NCBI GenBank assembly: GCA_037447605.1
Contig: CM074809.1
Span: forward strand, 672,689 to 736,688
Source of the DNA: Zygnema circumcarinatum SAG 698-1b
Taxonomy: Eukaryota > Plantae > Zygnematophyceae
Direction of reading: 5' to 3'
DNA length: 64,000 bases
Shown: piece after piece, positions 1-12,044 of the stretch
How the letters are laid out: each line of letters opens with the position of its first letter
Position numbering within the stretch: position 1 is the stretch's first letter
Translations under genes and position numbers: made by a program
The notes under the pieces: model-generated
The model's database searches: none
What the model saw: the letters and a program-made list of their open reading frames with translations, nothing else
What the model was told of the DNA's origin: nothing

Positions 1-15
1 TCCGCATACTTGCAG

Positions 16-366
16 GTGTGGGTTCGTCATTGTGCTATCCGCCTGAAGAAGTCAGGAACAAAGATACCCAAAATTGAGCTGGTGAAGGCAGGGCCCATGC
101 TAGACCTCACTGTACGGAGACACAGAGAGCCCGGGCAGGAGCTTGCTAAGGAGGCCATGAAGTCTCCGAAAACGCTTGTGAAGTAAAAGGTGAGGTTCAT
201 CCGAACGTTGGAAATTTCAATCTTGTTATGCTTAAGGGGGGAGTGGGAGCGGTGGAGGTTACCTGCACATGCTGTTTTAAAATTTATACGCAGATCTTGA
301 AAGTGGATGTTAAACATGGGAACCATCTTTTTATTTTTTGTTGCAGATTAAGAACGTGTCTACAGA

Positions 367-400
<34 letters not shown>

Positions 401-600
401 GACTCTTTGTCTCTGTTAAATTGAGCCTGGTCCTTCCCACTACCTTCACTCTCTGCCACGCTTGCAGGTCTGAAACAAAACACCCCTCATGTGCACACAC
501 TGAAAAGAAAATGATTCAAAGCACAAAACACCGAAAGAATGGAAGTAAGGAGAAAGCCCCCACGGCCTCAAAGCCTCCTTCACAAGGAATGGGAAAGTAA
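16..600 (+). pseudogene. RPF2: 3' exons of ribosome production factor 2 (Brix domain) homolog, apparently disrupted
   Basis: Exon 16-189 reads VWVRHCAIRLKKSGTKIPKIELVKAGPMLDLTVRRHREPGQELAKEAMKSPKTLVK, matching the RPF2 C-terminal LKKSG..P..EL...GP..DL..RR motif. In-frame TAA at 184-186, one codon before the GT donor. The next exon (347-) gives IKNVSTDSL and then runs into (CT)n with no donor. Confidence 0.75.
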
Positions 601-825
601 CAAGCAGTAAGTGTAGCTCTTAAGCTTCCAATACTGCTCTGACTTACTGCCCCAACTTCCTGCTGCTGCCCATACATGTAGATGTAGTGTACAATAGGGG
701 TATAGCCTAGAATAGTACAATGTACGGTCCTTACCTGTTGTCGGCGGTCAAGGAGATTCGGTCACTGTCTGAACTAGACCGAAAAGTTCCGTCGGGTAGT
801 GGGAAGCACGGGGAGTCGAGATTGG

Positions 826-1244
826 CTACGTGGCGGGCGGCGATAGGCTGCACCGACACGAGACTAATTTAGAATGAATGTGTAAGTTGTGTCACGTGGC
901 GTGCAGCGATAGGCTGCGTGGCCAGTTTGTGTACAGTACTTCTTATTGGAGCTGCGAAGTTTCGCGGAAGGCTGGCGCGTGGAGGGAGGACGTTTCCGGT
1001 ACGGACAGTCCCCAGTGGCCATGGCGGCCCTAGGCTGAGCTCCAGCGCGGCGCGGTCCCCAGTGGGACTGTCCGTACCGGAAACGCCCTCCCTTCCACGC
1101 GCCAGCCTTCCTCGAAGCTTCGCACCTCCAATAATCAGTACTAAGCTAATTTCCTGACCGTGCGGCCTATCACCGCACACCACGTGGCACACCTACACAT
1201 CGATTCTAGACAAGTCAAGAGTCTTCTATCGCCGCGCGCCTCGT
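826..1244. repeat. Long imperfect inverted repeat (foldback), also in units 2-4 (~7749-8160, ~14646-15060, ~21498-21910)
   Basis: 893-1018 (CACGTGGCGTGCAGCGATAGG...CCGGTACGGACAGTCCCCAGTGG) pairs with 1060-1186. Weaker pairing extends to ~826/1244. The central spacer is ~40 bp. Confidence 0.9.
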
Positions 1245-1327
1245 GCGAGTGCGCGCGTCCGAGATCTCCGCAAAATTATGAGCTGGACCGGCCAGCATGT
1301 GGCGGCTCACTATTGAACAACTGACAG

Positions 1328-1379
1328 CCAATCAACATGTGCCACGTGTTATTCATATGTCGTGGTACATTGTGATTGG
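1328..1379. promoter_or_regulatory. Inverted pair of CCAAT-N9-CCACG (ERSE-like NF-Y/bZIP) modules upstream of the dioxygenase gene (all 4 units)
   Basis: CCAAT-caacatgtg-CCACG at 1328-1346 (+) and CGTGG-tacattgtg-ATTGG at 1361-1379 (-). Confidence 0.6.
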
Positions 1380-2127
1380 TCCAGGTCACAATGTAGGTAT
1401 TTCTCCTTTCCTCGAAACTGTGACCGGGCAACATTTATACGGACATCACTTTGAGCCGGCTTTGGCGGGACACGTGGGCGCGTGCCATTCGCTGGGACCG
1501 TGCCCGGCTGCAGATCGAACGGTTTTTGTGGTGCGATCTGCGAGGGAATCGACGGCCATTTTTACCGCACGTGTGAAGGACGGACACCCGCGAACGATCT
1601 CGTGGCGGACGGATCTTCCGCTCCGAGCAGATTCGGGCAGGCCGATATTTTTTTCTCCCAAAAAAAAAATTTGAGGGGACTGAGATATTCAAAATGAGGT
1701 GACGGGGTATCATTTTCCGTGTTTTGCAAAAATAAAATCTGCCCGACGGAAAAAGGTTGTATCGATTCCAAAAAGGTGTGAAAAAAGCATTTTCCGTTTT
1801 TCTAACCTTTTTTTGTCGATTTTAAAACCTGCCCGGTGAAAAAACGGGTGTGTCTATCCAAAAAAGGAGTGGATTTATCACTACCCTTTTTAATTCAGAC
1901 TTGTGATGATGATGATGGAGATGCACAGGGGAAAGCACTTGTACGGACGTACAGTCCGTACACTCGTACGAAAACCACCGAACGAGTGAGTACGACAAAG
2001 CCGCCCCCTGTCCGTTCTATGCTCGCAGTTACACTGTCTGTAAACAGCAAAGAACAGTTTTTGTCACTCCCGTGAGCCGTTATTTGCAACAGGCAAGTTA
2101 CAGTTACAGGTGACGTTCAACTGCCAC

Positions 2128-4504
2128 ATGGAGCGCCTTCCGACTCCCTCGCTCAGAGCCGTAGAAACCACGAGTTCTTGGAATGCACTGCGTCCAGCAG
2201 CCATGGCCTGCGGGAGCTTCCACAGTGCCCTATTTCTCCACACATCGGCCGCATTTTCATGTAAAAGCGAGAATTTCAGATCAAAACCTGATGGAAATAA
2301 TCTTGTAGCAATTGCAAAATGCCTTCCAGTGTTTGCAAATTATGCACAAGAAACAGTTTCAAGCAGAGTCCCTGGAACTCTTCTCCCTGCAGTAGGCCCT
2401 GCAGCATGGTTCGGAAATGCAATGGCTCTTCAAGACACGTGGAAGCATCAGCTATCTCCTACACACTTGCGGGAGCTGGATGCTGCCATATCCTTAGCAG
2501 AGCAGCAAGGCCACGCCATAGAAGAGATTACAGCCGACTCTTTTCCTCTCCCTTCCCTCAGATTTGAACTCCAAAAGCTGCAAGAGGAAGTTCTCTGCGG
2601 CTGCGGCTTCTTGCTACTTAGAGGGCTGCCAGTCCATCGTTACTCCAGATGGCAGGCCATAGCTGCTTTCTGGGGAATAGGAACGTGCTTTGGATGGGCA
2701 GTGCCTCAGAACAGGCAGGGCCATCTTGTTGGCCATGTGCGAGACCTCGGGAACGATCCTTCCATGTAAATCATCTGCTTGTCTACTTGTTTAGTTTGCT
2801 TGCTTCATTCCTTGATTAAGCAGTTGCATAGATGTGCTCTACTGTCACAATTATTTTGAGAGTGTTTGGATAACGAAACCTGACTCAGCCCAGCGGGCAG
2901 CTTGACAATTGTTCTCACAAAAAAAAGTCTCCTTTTTTGTGCTGGGAGAGTGCAGACCAACAGTGCGAATATACTCCACGAATGCTGCACAACCATTTCA
3001 CACTGACTCCTGCGACGTTGTTGGGCTGCTTTGCCTTCATCCTGCCAGGTTATTCCAAAATCTTTGAAAAAGATAGATAGAAAAAAAAAAAAAGTGAGGG
3101 AGGAGGAAAGGAAAACTAGGTCCTAGATTTAAAAAGGAGCCTGTTTAAGTGGCTTTCAAATAGGCATGTATCGTTCCACCTTGTATCCTGCCCTTTGTGA
3201 GAATGCCAGGAAGTCCTTGCTTCAGAATACACGAGTCATGAAGTCGAAAGTCGAAGAAGTTCGCATACAATTAGATAAAGCATGACAAGTGTATCGATAC
3301 GGACGTTGGGAGGGAGCTGGAGGGAGTTGTTTCATGATGTTTAGGTTGAGATTTCGCACCAATGATGGGTGAACGCAGAGAAGGGGGCCTCAGCAGCGTG
3401 TCCAGTTCTGTCACCATCTATAATGAGATGCTCCAGGTGTGTCTTAGCGGCTGAAACAGACAATACGGCACATATGATGGTGGCCCTTGTCATTGAAAAC
3501 TTGCAGAAACTGAAACTGAACTGGAAAGTAGGTTGGAAAAGCTTGTGAAGGACATAGTGTTCAGCTCAATTGTAGTCGATATCCTTGAAGGCGCTTCTCT
3601 AAATTCATTATCTTGACGAAGCTCACAAATTTTAACGGTGAACGTTTTCCGTTAGGTCTTGAATTTTGGAGATCTTGGCTGAATTAGGATATGCATTGTT
3701 CTGCAGGAGAGACCAGACCTAGTCCAAATTCTCCATGAGCCCTTTTACTATGACCGAAAGGGAGAAATCCCAGCAGGCAAGCTCCCATATTACAAAATGC
3801 CAGTAATGCACACCTATGGAGGCAACCTTTCTGTCATTTATGCGCGAGGATTCATACAAGCTGCACAACGCTTCCCAGAAGTGCCGCGATTGACCCCATT
3901 GCAGGTAGGCAATTGCATTCAAGTTGACAGAAAATAGTTATGAGAAGGGCCTATAAGTTTAACCTTCCTTTGTACATCGCTGTGATTTCCAGCCAATTTT
4001 CAAAAGCCAATCTACATGGGAAGTCTATATTCCACAACGCATGATGTTTCGGGCCTTGAGTCGTATTGGAATGCGTAGTCTTCTAGTGTGGACCACGATA
4101 AATACGAACCCACACTTATTGGTGCAGTTGCGCGCATGATGCTAATTTGTGCAGATAGAAGCATTAGATATGATGGACGCTTTGGCGGCGCGTCCGGACA
4201 TCCGATTGGACATGAATCTTGAACCGGGAGATATGCAGTTTCTGCACAATCATCAGGTTTGTTAAGAAATGGAGTGTTTGAGTAGGTCCTTCGGAGGAAA
4301 TGGTAAGTCTCTGTCCGTAGGGATGGTTAGAATATAAGTTATTGCTTGTGACTTAAGTTTGTTCCAAACACTTTGTTGCATGGCAACAGTGCATGCAGAT
4401 CTGTTGCTGCTTATGCAGGCTGCTTCTGTCTTGCATGCTTTTATTTGATGCTGCTATTGTGATGTTATTTCTGAGGACGAGTAATGTCCAGTCCTTGTTC
4501 CCCT

Positions 4505-4539
<35 letters not shown>

Positions 4540-5146
4540 TTTCTTCTTCTTTCTTCTTCTTTCTTCAGACAGTCCATGCTCGCACTGCATTCTCTGACTT
4601 TGAAGAGGAGGACCGCAAGCGCCATTTGCTGCGGCTATGGCTCTCTCCGCCCAATGGCCGCCCTCTGCCGCCTATCTTCGCTGAACGCTACGGAAGCGTC
4701 AAGGTGCGAACTGCTGCTCACCAACTCATAGGGAAGGGGAGAGTGAGGGAGAGGGGGCAGGAGTGAGAGTGAGGAGGAGGACGATGGAGCGAGAGAAAAG
4801 GGGACAATGGGACAAGCAGGGGAAGTGAACGAAAAATGGTAGGGGCGTAAGATGAGAGGATGGGATTAGGGAGGAGAGAGGAGAGTGAGCGCCGGCCGGC
4901 GGGAGGGGGTGGTAACCCCTTTTCCGGGTAACTCATCATTTACTAAACGATGTCGCTGATCAGCGATTGGTCACTATTCGCTTAGCTGTTGATTAATTTC
5001 CGTTGAATACGTCGGCCTTCTCACTTTGTTTACACTCAAACATTTAGCTCGTTGCGAAAGCTTGTTTCTGTTGGCAGGTCGGAAAAGATCGGGGAGGTAT
5101 CAAGTGCCCGGGGGTGACGCCATTTGTCCCTTTAGACCCCTCTTGA
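2128..5146 (+). CDS. TauD/TfdA-family Fe(II)/2-oxoglutarate dioxygenase, copy 1 (intact, 430 aa, N-terminal extension possibly a targeting peptide)
   Basis: Exons 2128-2765, 2956-3048, 3379-3436, 3707-3904, 4155-4256, 4569-4703 and 5078-5146 join in frame at GT-AG sites. Motifs: GCGFLLLRGLP, QNRQGHLVGHVRDLG, H-x-D (QPFHTDSCDVVGLLCL), LEPGDMQFLHNH-TVHAR, KRHLLRLWL. Probable 5'UTR intron from the GTGAGT donor at 1986. Confidence 0.92.
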
Positions 5147-5920
5147 TTCGAATTTTTTTTTGGCAGTGTTTCGTTTACCTCGTTAGCAGCCATTGTCGAG
5201 CTCTTCTCAAATGCCTAAACGATGACATGGACAATGTAGATGTGGACACAACTTTGCTTTTGCGGAAGGTGCCTTTCTTGAAGTTGTAGCTTCCGTTGAT
5301 CCCTGGATATGAATAGGAAGATGGAACTGCATTTCATGGAAGGTTGTTAGAAGTAAAAGGGTGCAAGTAGAATGTTTCGTTGAAGATGCTGCGGAGGTTG
5401 CTAAAAGGGTTTCAGGTTTTTAAAGGCACTTTAAGGCTTTCGATGGAATTTCGGATTCACAGGATTCTTAGGATTGGTACACTTTTTCAGGGTTTTCAGC
5501 CACTGATTTCGAGTGATCGACGTGATCTTGTAGTGGAGAGCATAGCGCGAGTGTTCAGGCAAAGCGCGTGAACTGCCAGTCGTAGTGAAAAGCTTGTTCT
5601 TCCGAAGGGGCACCTTCTTGTTGCCATTTTTTCATTGACACTGCCGCTGCCGCTGTGGACCACAAACATGTTTTTGTATACTACGAGTACTTTCTCCCCT
5701 CCGTTCCTTTTGGAGATTTCGTCCGTTTTCGGATACTGTCATGCTCGCTACGGGCATTCCTCGGCTCTTGCTCTCGGCTCCGTTGGCAATAGCCATTTGC
5801 CAATGGGACCTGCAACATGTGGCCCTTTACCGCAGACTCCACCCTGTTCAAATGCCAATGCCAGTGCGTCCACGCATTCTGGTGAGACGACATCCGCAAT
5901 AGTGAAAGTAAAAGCAATTT

Positions 5921-5991
5921 TTTTTTTTTAATTACCTTTTTGTATATTTGGTGGCCTCGCCATCGTGAGTTCAAAATCCCATTTTCCCGCT
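5921..5991 (-). mobile_element. Short retroposed insert (5'-truncated LINE/SINE 3' end) with poly(A) and 12 bp target-site duplication; present in all 4 units
   Basis: Flanked by TAAAAGCAATTT at 5909-5920 and 5992-6003, with a T-run at the left end. The homologous site near 31217 has one AAAAGCAATTT and no insert. A related sequence (GGCCTTGCCATCGTGAGTTCAA) lies at ~43553-43574. Confidence 0.7.
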
Positions 5992-6101
5992 TAAAAGCAA
6001 TTTCTGGCAGGTACCTCTCCTGCAAAGCTCAGCTTGTCGACAAAGGAGCTTGGAGACGCGTAATCGTACCATTCGTACGGCAAGTGGTACGGTCTATAGT
6101 A

Positions 6102-6658
6102 CAGTGGGGGGTCCTCGTATTTACCACCCCAAGGAGTGCGTCCTCAATATTTTCGCCCCAATTTTGCCGAAACCACTTTTTTGTACGGCAACTTATGTTA
6201 GCCGTACTGTCCGTACTGTCCGTACTGTCTGTACTAGCCGTTACGGGCTTACGCAAAACGCACCCAATCTCCCCGCTCGTGCCGCCGTAAGAGGCGCTCG
6301 CTCTTCTCCCCATCTTCTTGATTTCGATACGATACGATACGATACGATATTGTCAATACGATACGAAACTCCCCGATACGGTACTCTCCGTACTAGCCGT
6401 ACGAGCTGTAGTAGCCGTTACGGGTCTCATTTAAACTCTCCGACAGTATATGCGTTACGATATGTCACGATACGATACGATGCTAAATGATACAGTACGC
6501 TACGGTACGATATGGTTTGGTACGATACGTACGGTTCAACATGAACTCTAACATAATACCCCCCGTCTATTCGTAACACGAACCTTATATATGCAAATTT
6601 AATATTTTCGCCTCATTTTGCCCGGAACCAGGGTGGAAAATATGAGGACCCCCTACTG
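6102..6658. mobile_element. Tc1/mariner-type MITE, 557 bp, unit 1
   Basis: 28 bp TIRs CAGTGGGGGGTCCTCGTATTTACCACCC / GGGTGGAAAATATGAGGACCCCCTACTG (3 mismatches). TA duplication at 6100-6101 and 6659-6660. No credible coding ORF; internal (GATAC)n and CCGTACTGT repeats. Confidence 0.92.
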
Positions 6659-6748
6659 TACGAACATGGTACATTGACCGTACGGTCCTTACATTCTTCC
6701 GTCTCCTTGACTTTGCTCTGCCCTTCCCTTTCTTGGTCGCAGGCCGCT

Positions 6749-7236
6749 ATGGATCGCTGCAGCGCAGCCGCCCGGACTGCAACTGGCCGCCTCCTCTCCC
6801 TTCGCAAAGCGCCTGCCTGTTCCGCCCCGGGGCCCGGCTATGGCTGCCGGCTCCAACTCCGCCTTCCCCTTGTTCTCCCTCCTCCCTCCATTGCTCGCCG
6901 CCATGCAGGATCCTGGCAGCTGCTGCAACACCTGTCCTGCGCGGATACGACACCAGAACGCTCCCTGGCCCTCCCACGGAGATGCCGCGTGGCACGTCTC
7001 CGCCGCCTTTCCAAAGCGAGGCGTTACACTCCAAGACGTGGAGTTTGGAAAATCGCACTTCTGGTTCTTCACAGCGGAGGAGCAGTTCAAAGGAAGGCCA
7101 TGGCTTCCGGGGCTTAGAGCGGAAGGGCTCAGTGCGGAGGAAGGAGCTGGAGGCGAAAGAGGAGGAGTGCTGGGAGGGGGTGGCGGTGGGCTGGAGGGAG
7201 GGAGGCGATGATTTAGAACACCACGTTCGAATCGCA
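6749..7236 (+). pseudogene. Orphan exon 1 of the SGNH/NXPE-like gene, cut off by the amplification junction (also 13649-14144 and 20500-20989)
   Basis: Same MDRCSAAART...HHVRIAG|GTGTGC exon as 26771-27260, but intron 1 is interrupted by the unit junction. Confidence 0.8.
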
Positions 7237-9027
7237 GGTGTGCTTTTCTTTCTCTGACACTGCCCCACCACCCTCCCTCCCTCCCTCCGTCCCACCCTCC
7301 CTCTCCCTCTCTCTGTCTCTCTCTCTCGCTCTCGGTCTCTCTCTCTATCTCTCTAGCTCTCTTTTGATCTCTATCGGTCTCGCTCTCCTCCTCTCACTCT
7401 CTTCTCCTTTCTCTCTCTGCCTTCCTCTGCCCTCCCTCCTGTATATGTGGTCCCATGTTTCACGTATGCTACCCGGCCGCCGTTTATATGAAGATATTAG
7501 GATGCATTTAAGATTTAATTTAATTTTTAACGGCCTCCAGCTCTTAAGCTTCCAATACTGCTCTGACTTACTGCCCCAACTTCCTGCTGCTGCCCATACA
7601 TGTAGATGTAGTGTACAATAGGGGTATAGCCTAGAATAGTACAATGTACGGTCCTTACCTGTTGTCGGCGGTCAAGGAGATTCGGTCACTGTCTGAACTA
7701 GACCGAAAAGTTCCGTCGGGTAGTGGGAACATGGGGAGTCGAGTTTGGCTACGTGGCGGGCGGCGATAGGCCGCACCGACACGAGACTAATTTAGAATGA
7801 ATGCGGTTGCGTCACGGCGCGCAGCGATAGGCCGCGTGGCCAGTTTGTGCAGGGTTGGTACTTAGTTGGAGCCGCGAAGTTTCGTGAAGGCTGGCGCGTG
7901 GAGGGAGGACGTTTCCGGTACGGACAGTCCCCAGTGGCCATGGCGGCCCTAGGCTGAGCTCCAGCGCGGCGCGGTCCCCAGTGGGACTGTCCCGTACCGG
8001 AAAACGCCCTCCCCTTCCCACGCGCCAGCTTCCCGAAGCTTCGCACCCACACCAGTGTACTAAGCTATCTAACGGTGCGGCTCATCACCGCACACCACGT
8101 GGCACACCTACACATCGATTCTAGACAAGTCAAGAGTCTTCTATCGCCGCGCGCCTCGTGCGAGTGCGCGCGTCCGAGATCTCCGCAAAATTATGAGCTG
8201 GACCGGCCAGCATGTGGCGGCTCACTATTGAACAACTGATAGCCAATCAACATGTGCCACGTGTTATTCATATGTCGTGGTACATTGTGATTGGTCCAGG
8301 TCACAATGTAGGTATTTCTCCTTTCCTCGAAACTGTGACCGGGCAACATTTATACGGACATCACTTTGAGCCGGCTTTGGCGGGACACGTGGGCGCGTGC
8401 CATTCGCTGGGACCGTGCCCGGCTGCAGATCGAACGGTTTTTGTGGTGCGATCTGCGAGGGAATCGACGGCCATTTTTACCGCACGTGTGAAGGACGGAC
8501 ACCCGCGAACGATCTCGTGGCGGACGGATCTTCCGCTCCGAGCAGATTCGGGCAGGCCGATATTTTTTTCTCCCAAAAAAAAAATTTGAGGGGACTGAGA
8601 TATTCAAAATGAGGTGACGGGGTATCATTTTCCGTGTTTTGCAAAAATAAAATCTGCCCGACGGAAAAAGGTTTGCATCGATTCCAAAAGGTGTGAAAAA
8701 GTACTTTCCGTTTTTCTAACCTTTTGTCGATTTTAAAACTGCCCGGGTGAAAACGGGTGTCTATCCAAAAAAGGAGTGGATTTATCACTACCCTTTTTAA
8801 TTCAGACTTGTGATGATGATGATGGAGATGCACAGGGGAAAGCACTTGTACGGACGTACAGTCCGTACACTCGTACGAAAACCACCGAACGAGTGAGGGA
8901 GTACGACAAAGCTGCCCCTGTCCGTTCTATGCTCGCAGTTACACCGTAAACAGCAAAGAACAGTTTTGTCACTCCTGTGAGCCGTTATTTGCAACAGGCA
9001 AGTTACAGTTATGCATTCAACTGCCAC

Positions 9028-11404
9028 ATTGAGCGCCTTCCGACTTCTCGCTCAGAGCCGTAGAAACCACGAGTTCTTGGAATGCACTGCGTCCAGCAGC
9101 CATGGCCTGCGGGAGCTTCCACAGTGCCCTATTTCTCCACACATCGGCCGCATCTTCATGTAAAAGCGAGAATTTCAGATCAAAACCTGATGGAAATAAT
9201 CTGTAGCAATTGCAAAATGCCTTCCAGTGTTTCTGCAAATTATGCACAAGAAACAGTCAAGCAGAGTCCCTGGAATCCTTCTCCCTGCAGTAGTGGCCCC
9301 GCAGCGGTTCGAAATGCAATGGTTTTTCAAGACACGTGGAGGCATCAGCTATCTCCTACACACTTGCGGGAGCTGGATGCTGCCATATCCTTAGCAGAGC
9401 AGCAAGGCCACGCCATAGAAGAGATTACAGCCGACTTTTTCCTCTCCCTTCCTGATTTGAACCTGTGCTGCAAGAGGAAGTTCCTGCGGCTGCGGCTTGC
9501 TACTTAGAGTGGGCTGCCAGTCCATCGTTACTCCAGATGGCAGGCCATAGCTGCTTTCTGGGGAATAGGAACGTGCTTTGGATGGGCAGTGCCTCAGAAC
9601 AGGCAGGGCCATCTTGTTGGCCATGTGCGAGACCTCGGGAACGATCCTTCCATGTAACCCATTCTGCTTGTTCACTGTTTAGTTTGTTTAAGCTTCATTC
9701 CTTTTGATTAAGCAGCTGCATGGTAGATGTGCTCTACCGTCAGCTAAATTATTTTGAGAGTGTTTCTGATAACGAAACCTGACTCAGCCCAGCGGGCAGC
9801 TTGACAATTGTTCTCACAAAAAAAAGTCTCCTTTTTTGTGCTGGGAGAGTGCAGACCAACAGTGCGAATATACTCCACGAATGCTGCACAACCATTTCAC
9901 ACTGACTCCTGCGACGTTGTTGGGCTGCTTTGCCTTCATCCTGCCAGGTTATTCCAAAATCTTTGAAAAAGATAGATAGAAAAAAAAAAAAAGTGAGGGA
10001 GGAGGAAAGGAAAACTAGGTCCTAGATTTAAAAAGGAGCCTGTTTAAGTGGCTTTCAAATAGGCATGTATCGTTCCACCTTGTATCCTGCCCTTTGTGAG
10101 AATGCCAGGAAGTCCTTGCTTCAGAATACACGAGTCATGAAGTCGAAAGTCGAAGAAGTTCGCATACAATTAGATAAAGCATGACAAGTGTATCGATACG
10201 GACGTTGGGAGGGAGCTGGAGGGAGTTGTTTCATGATGTTTAGGTTGAGATTTCGCACCAATGATGGGTGAACGCAGAGAAGGGGGCCTCAGCAGCGTGT
10301 CCAGTTCTGTCACCATCTATAATGAGATGCTCCAGGTGTGTCTTAGCGGCTGAAACAGACAATACGGCACATATGATGGTGGCCCTTGTCATTGAAAACT
10401 TGCAGAAACTGAAACTGAACTGGAAAGTAGGTTGGAAAAGCTTGTGAAGGACATAGTGTTCAGCTCAATTGTAGTCGATATCCTTGAAGGCGCTTCTCTA
10501 AATTCATTATCTTGACGAAGCTCACAAATTTTAACGGTGAACGTTTTTCCGTTAGGTCTTGAATTTTGGAGATCTTGGCTGAATTAGGATATGCATTGTT
10601 CTGCAGGAGAGACCAGACCTAGTCCAAATTCTCCATGAGCCCTTTTACTATGACCGAAAGGGAGAAATCCCAGCAGGCAAGCTCCCATATTACAAAATGC
10701 CAGTAATGCACACCTATGGAGGCAACCTTTCTGTCATTTATGCGCGAGGATTCATACAAGCTGCACAACGCTTCCCAGAAGTGCCGCGATTGACCCCATT
10801 GCAGGTAGGCAATTGCATTCAAGTTGACAGAAAATAGTTATGAGAAGGGCCTATAAGTTTAACCTTCCTTTGTACATCGCTGTGATTTCCAGCCAATTTT
10901 CAAAAGCCAATCTACATGGGAAGTCTATATTCCACAACGCATGATGTTTCGGGCCTTGAGTCGTATTGGAATGCGTAGTCTTCTAGTGTGGACCACGATA
11001 AATACGAACCCACACTTATTGGTGCAGTTGCGCGCATGATGCTAATTTGTGCAGATAGAAGCATTAGATATGATGGACGCTTTGGCGGCGCGTCCGGACA
11101 TCCGATTGGACATGAATCTTGAACCGGGAGATATGCAGTTTCTGCACAATCATCAGGTTTGTTAAGAAATGGAGTGTTTGAGTAGGTCCTTCGGAGGAAA
11201 TGGTAAGTCTCTGTCCGTAGGGATGGTTAGAATATAAGTTATTGCTTGTGACTTAAGTTTGTTCCAAACACTTTGTTGCATGGCAACAGTGCATGCAGAT
11301 CTGTTGCTGCTTATGCAGGCTGCTTCTGTCTTGCATGCTTTTATTTGATGCTGCTATTGTGATGTTATTTCTGAGGACGAGTAATGTCCAGTCCTTGTTC
11401 CCCT

Positions 11405-11439
<35 letters not shown>

Positions 11440-12044
11440 TTTCTTCTTCTTTCTTCTTCTTTCTTCAGACAGTCCATGCTCGCACTGCATTCTCTGACTT
11501 TGAAGAGGAGGACCGCAAGCGCCATTTGCTGCGGCTATGGCTCTCTCCGCCCAATGGCCGCCCTCTGCCGCCTATTCGCTGAACGCTACGAAGCTGCCAA
11601 GGTGCTAACTGCTGCTCACCAACCTATAGGGAAGGGGAGAGGAGGGAGAGGGGGGCAGAGTGAGAGTGAGGAGGAGGACGATGGAGCGAGAGAAAAGGGG
11701 ACAATGGGACAAGCAGGGGAAGTGAACGAAAAATGGTAGGGGCGTAAGATGAGAGGATGGGATTAGGGAGGAGAGAGGAGAGGAGAGGGAGGGAGGTGGA
11801 GGTGGTGGTAACCCTTTTCCGGGTAACTCATCATTTACTAAACGATGTCGCTGATCAGCGATTGGTCACTATTCGCTTAGCTGTTGATTACCCCCGCTGA
11901 ATACGTCGGCCTTCACTTTGTTTTTCTTACACTCAAACATTTAGCCTGCTAAGTAAAGCTTGTTTCCTAAGCTGGCAGGTCGGAAAAAGATCGAGGTATC
12001 AAGTGCCCGGGGTGACGCCATTTGTCCCTTTAGACCCCTCTTGA
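9028..12044 (+). pseudogene. TauD/TfdA dioxygenase copy 2, frameshifted as assembled (possibly sequencing error)
   Basis: Homologous to copy 1. The ATG reads ATTG and there are many small indels in exons 1, 6 and 7, while exons 2-5 are identical to copy 1. Confidence 0.65.

Noticed and set aside
869-1771. Overlapping ORFs with similar peptides on both strands
   Set aside because: A by-product of the GC-rich inverted repeat and promoter sequence; no splice or family support.
6050-6490. 146 aa ORF with DTIRY repeats
   Set aside because: Translation of the (GATAC)n microsatellite inside the MITE; not a transposase.
617-7540. Tandem unit as a Helitron or other transposon array
   Set aside because: No 5'-TC/CTRR-3' ends at the junction on either strand, no TIR/LTR and no transposase. 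Breakpoints fall in ordinary gene-flanking and intron sequence.
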